A stretch of DNA of 32,000 bases from Microcystis aeruginosa NIES-2549 (GCF_000981785.2 NZ_CP011304.1:4230001-4262000), one strand, 5' to 3'; counted from the first letter of the stretch, positions 10,966 through 19,977 are shown. A program made the numbers and translations. Notes: generated by a model from the letters alone, not told the origin.

Positions 10966-12115
10966 GTTAAAACCAAATAATCAACAACGCTCATTATTAG
11001 CCCAACACGCAGGAACCGCACGTCATGCTTGGAATTGGGGTTTGGCTTTAACCAAGCAAATTTTAGACCATAATCAAGCTAACCCTGATGAAAAAATCAA
11101 GTTTCCTACGGCTATTGACCTTCACAAATGGTTGGTAGCATTGGTAAAATCAGAGCATGATTGGTATTACCAAGTGTCTAAATGCGCCCCCCAATGGGCG
11201 TTAAGAGCTTTATCCGATGCTTGGAAAAGATGCTTCAAGAAGATAGCCAAACCACCAAATTTCAAGAAGAAAGGTAAACAGGATAGTTTCACTTTAGATG
11301 GGAGCATTAAAATTGCCCATCAAAAGATAAAAGTTCCTGTGATTGGTTGGTTAAAAACTTACGAGCGGCTACCTGATGGATACCAGCCAAAATCTGTTAC
11401 TATTAGTAAAAAAGCTAATAGGTGGTTTATTAGTTTTAAGATGGAAGTTGAACCACAAACAACCAATAAAACTCATGATGTAGTTGGTTGTGATCTGGGA
11501 ATTAAATCTTTGGCTACTTTATCGACAGGTGAAACGTTTGAAGGCTCTAAAAGTTATCGTAAATACGAAAAACAATTAGCCAGACTTCAATACTTGAACC
11601 GACATAAGGTAAAAGGTTCAAATAATTGGAATAAAGCCCAACGGCAAATAGCTAAACTTCATTTTAAAATAGCTAATATCCGTAAAGATACGTTACATAA
11701 ACTCACCACTTATTTAGCCAAGAACCACGGCCAGATAGTAATTGAGGATTTAAATGTGTCTGGGATGATGGCTAATCACAAATTAGCTAAAGCCATTCAG
11801 GATATGGGTTTTTACGAGTTCCGAAGACAACTTAATTATAAATCTCAGTTGTATGGTTCGGAATTAATCATAGCTGATAGGTGGTTTCCTAGCAGTAAAA
11901 CCTGTTTTAATTGTGGGTACAAGAAAGAGTCTCTATCTTTAACTGAAAGAGTTTTTGAGTGTGAACAATGCCATGCAGTTTGCGGTCGAGACTTGAACGC
12001 TAGTCTGAATCTAGCTTCTTTGGCGGTGAGTTCCACCGTGTCAGCTTGTGGAGTAGATAGTGCCGACACTACTACAGTGAAGCAGGAAGTTAACGTCAAA
12101 TTTGCTCATGAGTAG
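10943..12115 (+). CDS. tnpB: TnpB (OrfB) RNA-guided endonuclease, apparently intact
   Basis: RuvC-like residues sit in context (VGCDLGIKS, IVIEDLNV, CGRDLNASLNL) with a zinc finger CFNCG...CEQCH. TTG start. C-terminal ...VKQEVN... is typical of the omega-RNA-overlapping tail. Confidence 0.9.
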   Translation: MLLGFKTELKPNNQQRSLLAQHAGTARHAWNWGLALTKQILDHNQANPDEKIKFPTAIDLHKWLVALVKSEHDWYYQVSKCAPQWALRALSDAWKRCFKKIAKPPNFKKKGKQDSFTLDGSIKIAHQKIKVPVIGWLKTYERLPDGYQPKSVTISKKANRWFISFKMEVEPQTTNKTHDVVGCDLGIKSLATLSTGETFEGSKSYRKYEKQLARLQYLNRHKVKGSNNWNKAQRQIAKLHFKIANIRKDTLHKLTTYLAKNHGQIVIEDLNVSGMMANHKLAKAIQDMGFYEFRRQLNYKSQLYGSELIIADRWFPSSKTCFNCGYKKESLSLTERVFECEQCHAVCGRDLNASLNLASLAVSSTVSACGVDSADTTTVKQEVNVKFAHE

Positions 12116-12158
12116 ATTTGAGTAGGTTTAACAGAACGGAATAATAATACAATTGAGA

Positions 12159-13856
12159 ATGCAGTCAATCCCCCCAATCTCTATGGTCAATAAACTATAC
12201 TACGGTGATAACCTAGAAGTGCTGCGGAAGTATATCAAAGATGAATCGATCGATCTTTGTTATATCGATCCACCCTTTAATTCTAAACGCAATTACAACC
12301 AAATTTATAACAACTTAGGCAAGGAAGATCAAGCACAAGCACAAGCGTTTGTGGATACCTGGACATGGGATAATCACGCTAACGAAGCTTTAGAAGAAAT
12401 TCAAAGCAACTATCAAGGTAAATTTACCAGTCAGACTATCGATTTAATTGACGGTTTAACTAAAGTTTTAGGTAAAGGTAGTCTTCTCGCTTATCTGGTG
12501 AGTATGACTCTGAGGATTGTGGAAATCCATCGAGTTTTAAAATCTACTGGTAGCTTTTATCTCCACTGCGATCCTACTGCTAGTCATTATTTAAAAATAG
12601 TTTTAGATGCTATTTTTTGCTCTCAGGGGGGTGATTTTAAAAATGAGATTAGCTGGAAAAGAACCACTGCTCATAATGATGCAAAGCAAGGACAAAAACA
12701 ATATGGCAATATTCGAGATGTCATTCTTTTTTATACCAAATCGAATCGATGGAATTGGGATTGCCAATATTCATCTTACAGCGAGGAATATATTGAAAAA
12801 AACTATAGATTAGTGGAAGAAAAAACAGGTAGACGTTACTGTTTAGATAATTTGACAGCAGCTAAATCAGGTGGTGACGTTTCCTATGAGTTTTATGGAA
12901 CTTATCCTTACAAGGGTCGTTACTGGGCATATTCTAAAGAAAACATGGAAAAATTTATGGCAGAAGGACGCTTATATTTTCCTAAAAATGGTGGTCCACC
13001 ACGATATATTAGATACCTAGATGAAATGCCTGGAGTTACCTTACAAAATAACTGGGATGATATTTTTCCCTTAACCTCAAGTGCCAAAGAACGTCTGGGT
13101 TATCCCACACAAAAACCCGAGGCATTGTTAGAAAGAATAATCAAAGCAAGTAGCAATAAAGGAGACATAATTTTAGATGCCTATTGTGGGTGTGGAACGA
13201 CTATCGCTGTAGCAGAGAGATTAGAGAGAAACTGGATTGGAATTGATATAACCTATCAGAGTATTAGCTTAATGTTAAAGCGATTAGAGGACTCCTTTGG
13301 TAAAAATGTTTTAGATAAAATTGAACTGAATGGTATTCCTAAAGATCTAGAATCAGCCAAAGCATTAGCCACTAAACCCGATGATCGTACCCGCAAAGAA
13401 TTTGAGAAATGGGCGGTTTTAACCTATAGTAATAACCGGGCCGTGATTAATGACAAAAAAGGGGCAGATAAAGGAATCGATGCTATTGCCTATTTTCAGG
13501 GAGATAAGGACAACCGGGAGAAAATTATTTTTCAAGTAAAATCCGGTAATGTCAAATCGGGAGACATCAGAGATCTACAGGGAACCATGACACTACAAGG
13601 GGCAGCCCTGGGTATATTTATCACCTTGAAACCCCCTAGCAAAGATATGGTTCAAACAGCCAAATCTGCGGGAATTTATCGCAGTCCCTATAGGAGTCAA
13701 AGTGTCGATAAAATTGAGATTGTGACAGTACAAGAAATCCTTGAACAGAAAAAACGTCTCGATGTTATCCTCACCTTTGAAGTCCTGAAAGCTGCCGAAA
13801 AACAAAGGGAAACCCAAGGACAACAAATGAGTTTAGATATACCCTTCCCCGAATAA
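12159..13856 (+). CDS. Beta-class (N6-adenine/N4-cytosine) DNA methyltransferase fused to a C-terminal Mrr_cat / PD-(D/E)xK-like nuclease domain
   Basis: Motif IV IDPPFNS lies near the N-terminus and the AdoMet motif ILDAYCGCGTT comes after a long insert, which is the beta-class order. The last ~150 aa carry KGIDAIAYF...IIFQVKSG, a D...QxK nuclease signature. Alternative starts are TTG 12153 and ATG 12183 (MVNKLYYGDNLEVL). Confidence 0.85.
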   Translation: MQSIPPISMVNKLYYGDNLEVLRKYIKDESIDLCYIDPPFNSKRNYNQIYNNLGKEDQAQAQAFVDTWTWDNHANEALEEIQSNYQGKFTSQTIDLIDGLTKVLGKGSLLAYLVSMTLRIVEIHRVLKSTGSFYLHCDPTASHYLKIVLDAIFCSQGGDFKNEISWKRTTAHNDAKQGQKQYGNIRDVILFYTKSNRWNWDCQYSSYSEEYIEKNYRLVEEKTGRRYCLDNLTAAKSGGDVSYEFYGTYPYKGRYWAYSKENMEKFMAEGRLYFPKNGGPPRYIRYLDEMPGVTLQNNWDDIFPLTSSAKERLGYPTQKPEALLERIIKASSNKGDIILDAYCGCGTTIAVAERLERNWIGIDITYQSISLMLKRLEDSFGKNVLDKIELNGIPKDLESAKALATKPDDRTRKEFEKWAVLTYSNNRAVINDKKGADKGIDAIAYFQGDKDNREKIIFQVKSGNVKSGDIRDLQGTMTLQGAALGIFITLKPPSKDMVQTAKSAGIYRSPYRSQSVDKIEIVTVQEILEQKKRLDVILTFEVLKAAEKQRETQGQQMSLDIPFPE

Positions 13857-13883
13857 AAATCCTTTGGTTATTTTTGGGGATAG

Positions 13884-14270
13884 GGTGATAAAAAGTTCCA
13901 AACCGACTCTAAAGAAGATATTCCCTATAGAATGCTAGATTATGCCACCAGACTCTATCGACGCTATCCCCGCAAACCTATCCATCAAGTGGTTATTTAT
14001 CTAAAGAAAAGTGGCTCCCCCACAGTCCGACAGAATGATTATAAACAAGGGAAAACCTCTCATCAATTTGAAGTGATTAGACTCTGGGAACAACCCTCGG
14101 AACCCTTATTAAAGGCCCCCGGACTGTTTCCCTTTGCTATACTTGCTCAAGCTGAGAAACAAGAAAACTTACTGCGGCAAATTGCCCAAGAAATCGAGCA
14201 AATCAGCGATAGTTGAGAACAAAGTAATCTGGCCGCATCTACCGCAATTCTAGCCGGGTTAGTATTGTAA
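13884..14270 (+). pseudogene. Fragment of an Rpn-family (YhgA-like PD-(D/E)xK) recombination-promoting nuclease / putative transposase gene, truncated at both ends
   Basis: Family-typical ...FQTDSKEDIPYRMLDYATRLYRRYPRKPIHQVVIYLK...FEVIRLWEQP... begins just after a stop at 13881 with no N-terminal domain. An in-frame TGA lies at 14214. Homology (EQSNLAASTAILAGLVL) continues to 14270 and then stops. Confidence 0.7.
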
Positions 14271-14321
14271 AGTTTCAATACAAATATATTCAGATATAGT
14301 CAGACATGGTAATATATAGAC

Positions 14322-14486
14322 ATTAAACTATCAGACTAGGCAAAAAAAACAGGAATAAGTTATCGAACGGCTTGGAGGTGGTGGAAACAAGGGAATTTAA
14401 CAGGTTATCAATTACCTTCTGGTACAATTATCATAACGGATGACAACCCTTCAAAACCCGACGCTGAGTTAAAAGACAACGGATAA
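14322..14486 (+). pseudogene. IS607-type tnpA remnant (HTH only)
   Basis: Reads (I)KLSD*AKKTGISYRTAWRWWKQGNLTGYQLPSGTIIITDD. ATT replaces the expected ATG and there is an in-frame TAG at 14337. No resolvase catalytic domain. Confidence 0.6.
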
Positions 14487-14488
14487 TA

Positions 14489-14906
14489 ATGTTATTAGCA
14501 GAAAGACACATTATCAAGAAAGGACATCGATTTTGGGCTGAGATAGATAATTTATCTTGGCAGTCTAAAAATCTTTACAACTCAGCCAATTATTTAATCC
14601 GACAAAACTTCATTGATGGCCATGGCTATTTGACCTATAATCAGATGGCTTCTCTGAGGTCAAAGACAGAACAGTATCAAGCTTTACCCGCTAAAGTTTC
14701 CCAACAAGTTTTAAGAGGATTAGACCAAAACTGGAAATCATTTTTTGCCGCTTCAAGGGTTATATCGTACAGATAAGGGGATTCTGGTTCAATCTGATGT
14801 CATAGGTTCCTACAACATTTTGCGAAAAGCATTCCCAAATGCGTTTAACCGCTATGGGATAGAGAGGTGCGTAGTTCACCCAAGGAGAATTAATCTCTCG
14901 AAGTAA
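14489..14906 (+). pseudogene. tnpB remnant: N-terminal 95 codons joined to about 42 C-terminal codons, with a frameshift
   Basis: 14489-14776 encodes a TnpB N-terminus-like sequence (MLLAERHIIKKGHRFW...LPAKVSQQVLRGLDQNWKSFF). 14779-14906 encodes GILVQSDVIGSYNI / RKAFPNAFNRYGIERCVVHPRRINLSK, with a 1-nt frameshift at about 14821. The RuvC and zinc-finger core is absent. Confidence 0.65.
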
Positions 14907-15017
14907 AAGTGAAGGGAATTTCTGAAATGGAATTCAGTCTGTCTATATTTGACTATACTTTTACTAACTATAACTTCACAATAACTTGATATTATTATTA
15001 CAATAGTCTCAAAAACA

Positions 15018-15341
15018 ATGATCGAATTAAGTCCCGCCGCCGCTAGAGAAATTGAACGTTGGAGTCAAAGCCGTCGCCTGACTGGTTCCTATCTGCGTTT
15101 GGCAGTAAAAAACGGTGGTTGTTCGGGACTTCACTACCATCTCGAATTAACCGATATTGCGGCAGAAAATGATCGCTTTTATCAAAGTCAGGGTATTAAT
15201 ATTTTAGTCGATCCTGACAGCGATCGCTACCTACAAATTTTAAAATTAGACTATTCAGAAGATCTCATGGGTGGTGGTTTCCGTTTTACCAATACCAACA
15301 CCCAAAATACCTGCGGTTGTGGTCTTTCCTTTAGTGCTTAG
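15018..15341 (+). CDS. iscA: HesB/IscA-family iron-sulfur cluster insertion protein
   Basis: LRLAVKNGGCSGLHY... with C-terminal CGCGLSF, the Cys-x-Cys signature. Confidence 0.9.
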   Translation: MIELSPAAAREIERWSQSRRLTGSYLRLAVKNGGCSGLHYHLELTDIAAENDRFYQSQGINILVDPDSDRYLQILKLDYSEDLMGGGFRFTNTNTQNTCGCGLSFSA

Positions 15342-16409
15342 TTAACTGGTCCAAATAGCCAAGACAACTAAAAGCGCATTAACCAGATAAAATGCTCCCA
15401 CAATCTTGGTTTCCGTCCAACCACTTAATTCTAAATGATGATGAAAAGGAGCCATTTTTAACAATCTTTTGCCCTTGCCGTCTGGTCCTTTTGTGGCTTT
15501 ATAATAGATAACCTGAGCGATTACCGAGAGAGATTCCAGAAAGAAGAGACCACTAATTAAAAATAATCCCCAGAGATGTCCAGTAATTAAACCCACCGCA
15601 GCTAAAGCGCCTCCTAAAGCGAGGGAACCCGTATCACCCATAAACACCTTAGCGGGGTTGCGGTTATGAAAAATGAAGCCTAGACAAGCACCAGCAAAAC
15701 AAGTGCAGAAAATCGCCAAATCCGGATGACTAGGAGCGATAATAATACCTAAACCCAAAAAAGCGATCGCACCTGTTCCCCCCGCTAATCCATCCACCCC
15801 ATCGGTGAGATTAGTGGCGTTACTTTCAGCTACAAGGACAAATCCCGCCAAAATCCAGAAGAAAAAGCCCAAAGGAATCACTAATCGACCCCAAAGGCCG
15901 ATATTGGTACTCACCTGATTGAACGACATCCAGAGACAAAAAAGCACCGCCCCGGTTATCTGTAAAATTAACTTCATCTGGGGAGATAGGCCCTTATTCG
16001 ACTTATAACGCAAAATTTGCCAATCATCTAACCAACCGATACCCATGTAAGCAAAAGTCAGCAAAGCAACCGCCACCACATTAGGAGTAAATTTAGACCA
16101 GATTAAAGCGAAAATAAGGGCTACTGGCACAAAAAAGCTGCCTCCCATGGTTGGGGTTCCTGCTTTCTTTAAATGAGCCTGGGGTCCATCTTCGCGCATA
16201 ATCTGACCCATTTTCAAGCGCCGCAGCATCGGTACTACTTGACAACCAAGACCAGCACTGATTAACGTTGTGGCCATCAGGGGGAGTAACAGGGAATTAG
16301 TGGACTGAAAAAAAACTACTAACAGAAATAGTAATCCCGTTAGTAGAATCAGGAGATGGGTTCCAGTGGGTTTTTTAAAGATAGGGGCGGAAAAAATGTT
16401 AGCGTTCAC
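15342..16409 (-). CDS. mraY: Phospho-N-acetylmuramoyl-pentapeptide transferase
   Basis: KAGTPTMGG, NATNLTDGVDGLA, VFMGDTGSLALGG and APFHHHLEL motifs. GTG start. Confidence 0.95.
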   Translation of the reverse strand: MNANIFSAPIFKKPTGTHLLILLTGLLFLLVVFFQSTNSLLLPLMATTLISAGLGCQVVPMLRRLKMGQIMREDGPQAHLKKAGTPTMGGSFFVPVALIFALIWSKFTPNVVAVALLTFAYMGIGWLDDWQILRYKSNKGLSPQMKLILQITGAVLFCLWMSFNQVSTNIGLWGRLVIPLGFFFWILAGFVLVAESNATNLTDGVDGLAGGTGAIAFLGLGIIIAPSHPDLAIFCTCFAGACLGFIFHNRNPAKVFMGDTGSLALGGALAAVGLITGHLWGLFLISGLFFLESLSVIAQVIYYKATKGPDGKGKRLLKMAPFHHHLELSGWTETKIVGAFYLVNALLVVLAIWTS

Positions 16410-16454
16410 GACTAAAGCGTCAGATAAAGGGAAAATTTGCCAAAGAAGACGGGA

Positions 16455-16718
16455 TTAATCTTCATCTAAGACTAATTCATCCTCGTCGTCATCATAACCG
16501 ATATCATCGACATCCATGAGTTCAGATAGTTCCACATCTTCTTCCAGAGTCAGATCCGGTTCGGCGATTTTATCCCGGGGAATCATGCGATTATTTTTTT
16601 CTAACCACTCGACAATGGAAGCGTCTTTTTTTAGGGGAATAACCGCGGCCGGTTCGTAGCGGGGTTCTTGACGAATAGAAGGATTAAGCATAATCACTCG
16701 ACGATTAACAGCAATCAT
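16455..16718 (-). CDS. Conserved cyanobacterial small acidic protein (DUF3134-like)
   Basis: NPSIRQEPRYEPAAVIPLK...IVEWLEKNNRMI... followed by a poly-acidic tail. The ATG at 16718 overlaps the mutT stop (ATGA). An alternative ATG is at 16691. Confidence 0.6.
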   Translation of the reverse strand: MIAVNRRVIMLNPSIRQEPRYEPAAVIPLKKDASIVEWLEKNNRMIPRDKIAEPDLTLEEDVELSELMDVDDIGYDDDEDELVLDED

Positions 16719-17137
16719 TTCGAGTTTACCATGTCTTTTAAGGCTCTGATAATCTCTTGATTGGCCGCGGGGAAAGTGAAATGATCTAGTTCCTCGATAG
16801 TTACCCAGCGGATTTCTTCACATTCGATCGCCCTTGCTTCGCCACTGAGATAACGACAGTTATATACTTGTAGATTAACCCGAAAATGACTATAGGTATG
16901 ATCGATAGTGATTAAATGACTATCAACTGCGATTTCAATGCCAATTTCTTCTAATATCTCCCGTTTAATACATTCCTGTACCGTTTCATTGCCTTCGATT
17001 TTGCCGCCGGGGAATTCCCAAAAACCGCCCAGGAGTCCCTTGGCCAGACGGCGATCGATTAAAATTAAATCTCGATCATCTCTAATTACGGCCACACCGA
17101 TTTGTTTAGAAGCTAAAGAGTCTGTTTCGGGAATCAT
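16715..17137 (-). CDS. mutT: NUDIX hydrolase, MutT-like (8-oxo-dGTP diphosphatase family)
   Basis: Nudix box GGKIEGNETVQECIKREILEEIG. Confidence 0.85.
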   Translation of the reverse strand: MIPETDSLASKQIGVAVIRDDRDLILIDRRLAKGLLGGFWEFPGGKIEGNETVQECIKREILEEIGIEIAVDSHLITIDHTYSHFRVNLQVYNCRYLSGEARAIECEEIRWVTIEELDHFTFPAANQEIIRALKDMVNSK

Positions 17138-17240
17138 AGCGGTTATTGGCGAAAAAATAGGAAAAAATAGTTAAAAACTGACTGCGGAAAATTGAGTCAA
17201 AAGATGATATAATCGAGAATTGTACGATTAACGATTAACA

Positions 17241-17564
17241 ATGACAGTCAGTTCCGAATCAAAGTTTATTTTAAAAGTATTGTGGTTAGATCAGAACGTA
17301 GCGATCGCTGTGGATCAGGTGGTCGGCAAAGGAACTAGCCCCCTCACCGCTTATTTTTTCTGGCCGCGCAATGATGCTTGGCAACAACTGCAAGAGGAGT
17401 TAGAAGCAAAACACTGGATTGATGAGTCCGATCGCGTTGATGTTCTCAACAAAGCCACAGAAGTAATTAATTTTTGGCAAGAGTTACGCAATCAAGGCCG
17501 ACAAATCCCCATGGCCGATGCACAGTTAAAATTCCCCGAAGTTGTGTTTAGTGGTAGCAATTAA
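17241..17564 (+). CDS. ycf65: 30S ribosomal protein PSRP-3 / Ycf65
   Basis: [42 protein letters not shown]...[12 protein letters not shown] matches the Ycf65 family as I remember it. Confidence 0.8.
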   Translation: MTVSSESKFILKVLWLDQNVAIAVDQVVGKGTSPLTAYFFWPRNDAWQQLQEELEAKHWIDESDRVDVLNKATEVINFWQELRNQGRQIPMADAQLKFPEVVFSGSN

Positions 17565-17585
17565 TTTATCGAAAAAATCGGGTCT

Positions 17586-17614
17586 AAAACCTCGCCTTAA
17601 GGCGAAAAGTTTTT
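17586..17614 (+). terminator. Candidate terminator after ycf65
   Basis: tcgcc ttaa ggcga core stem extended by aaaac / gtttt, ending in a T-run. Confidence 0.4.
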
Positions 17615-17683
17615 GGAGCGGGGCATAAATCCCCGTTACAAAAACGGCCTCCTGCCCCCTGCCTACGTTAAGTCCGACTACTT

Positions 17684-17717
17684 AACTGATAACTGATAAC
17701 TGATAACTGATAACTGA
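17684..17717. repeat. Heptamer array (AACTGAT)x~5, i.e. the CAGTTAT family on the opposite strand
   Basis: Read directly as aactgataactgataactgataactgataactga. Confidence 0.9.
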
Positions 17718-17754
17718 AAAAGAATCGGGTAGGTTTATATAAACCCGCCCGATT
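17716..17754 (-). terminator. Rho-independent terminator of atpD-atpC
   Basis: 14-nt arms aatcgggtaggttt / aaacccgcccgatt (one mismatch, one wobble) with loop atat. On the minus strand this is followed by tcttttt. Starts 31 nt after the atpC stop. Confidence 0.7.
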
Positions 17755-17784
17755 TTGCTTGAATTTAATTTGATTTGGCTTGGT

Positions 17785-18201
17785 TTAAACCGATACTAAA
17801 CCGCCAGCGGCCTGGTATCTAGCGCGAGCTTTGCGCCATGATTGTTGCGCTTGGATAGTTTTGCGACGGTCATCCCCTTTACTGACTTCATCGAGACGGG
17901 TTTGCGCTTTTTCGTATTCAGCGCGAGCTTTTTCCTTATCGATTTTTGAGCCTAATTCCGCCCCATTAACGAGGACTTTGATCTCATTATTTTCGACTTC
18001 GGCAAAACCGCCCAAAACCGCGATATTTTCCCAGTCTTTCCCCGGTCGAATTCGCATTACGCCAATATTCAGGGCAGTTAATAAAGGAGCGTGACCACTA
18101 AGAATACCTAATTGTCCCGTGGAACTGGGTAGGATTACTTCTTCAGCCACGTTATCCCAGACAATGCGATCGGGTGTAATAACCCGTACTGTAATGCTCA
18201 T
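17785..18201 (-). CDS. atpC: F1 ATP synthase epsilon subunit
   Basis: [12 protein letters not shown]...[21 protein letters not shown]... is canonical. Lies downstream of the beta subunit gene. Confidence 0.93.
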   Translation of the reverse strand: MSITVRVITPDRIVWDNVAEEVILPSSTGQLGILSGHAPLLTALNIGVMRIRPGKDWENIAVLGGFAEVENNEIKVLVNGAELGSKIDKEKARAEYEKAQTRLDEVSKGDDRRKTIQAQQSWRKARARYQAAGGLVSV

Positions 18202-18275
18202 TGGTGATAATAACGATAATTTTGGCAGATTTCTGGGTTAAGTAACCGCTAAACGCGGTTACTACTGACTTTTAA

Positions 18276-19727
<1,452 letters not shown>

Positions 19728-19824
19728 TTATGTCTACTCTGGGTTTTAGCTGATAACTCCCACAAGGGGAAAGTCTTAATTTTTTGTAAAATTAGCCAAT
19801 ACTCAGCTTATCACGCTAGGGGAT

Positions 19825-19868
19825 CAGATCAGTTATCAGTTATCAGTTACCAGTGATCAGTGATCAGA
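19825..19868. repeat. Heptamer array: CAGTTAT x2, CAGTTAC, CAGTGAT x2, plus degenerate end units
   Basis: Read directly. Clean units span 19830-19864. Confidence 0.9.
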
Positions 19869-19925
19869 TTTGGGTTTTCCGTGAACAGTCTGAGCGGTGA
19901 TCGGTATTAAATGGCAATTTTCTGC

Positions 19926-19948
19926 TTACTGGTTACTGATCACTGATA
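19926..19948. repeat. Heptamer array in the opposite orientation (TTACTGG TTACTGA TCACTGA)
   Basis: Read directly. It is the reverse complement of the CAGTNAT family and could pair with the 19825-19868 array. Confidence 0.85.
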
Positions 19949-19953
19949 AAAAG

Positions 19954-19977
19954 TAAGGCAGGCCTTAGCCTACCTTA
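19954..19977 (-). terminator. Hairpin with a U-tract on the minus strand
   Basis: taaggcaggc ctta gcctacctta (10-bp stem, one mismatch). The minus strand continues cttttta. Lies about 310 nt downstream of the PEP-CTERM gene. Confidence 0.4.

Larger units (their letters stand above)
10330..12150 (+). mobile_element. IS607-family insertion sequence (tnpA serine recombinase plus tnpB); ends not resolved
   Basis: tnpA and tnpB overlap by 23 nt in the canonical IS607 arrangement. The boundaries given are approximate because IS607 lacks obvious terminal inverted repeats. Confidence 0.75.
14271..14960 (+). mobile_element. Decayed IS607-like element (HTH remnant plus internally deleted tnpB); right boundary approximate
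   Basis: Contains the two pseudogene remnants listed next. Its left edge truncates the Rpn fragment. Confidence 0.6.

Noticed and set aside
9931-13885. An 8-nt TTGGGGAT shared by the left island flank (about 9938) and the methyltransferase 3' flank (about 13873), as a possible target-site duplication
   Set aside because: The match is too short to distinguish from chance, and no other boundary evidence supports it.
13932-14216. 94-aa ORF treated as an intact gene
   Set aside because: Family homology extends upstream of the ATG to a stop at 13881 and downstream through the TGA to 14270. It is a fragment of a much longer Rpn-family gene.
14489-14776. 95-aa ORF treated as an intact gene
   Set aside because: It is only the N-terminal segment of a TnpB, and the catalytic core is deleted.
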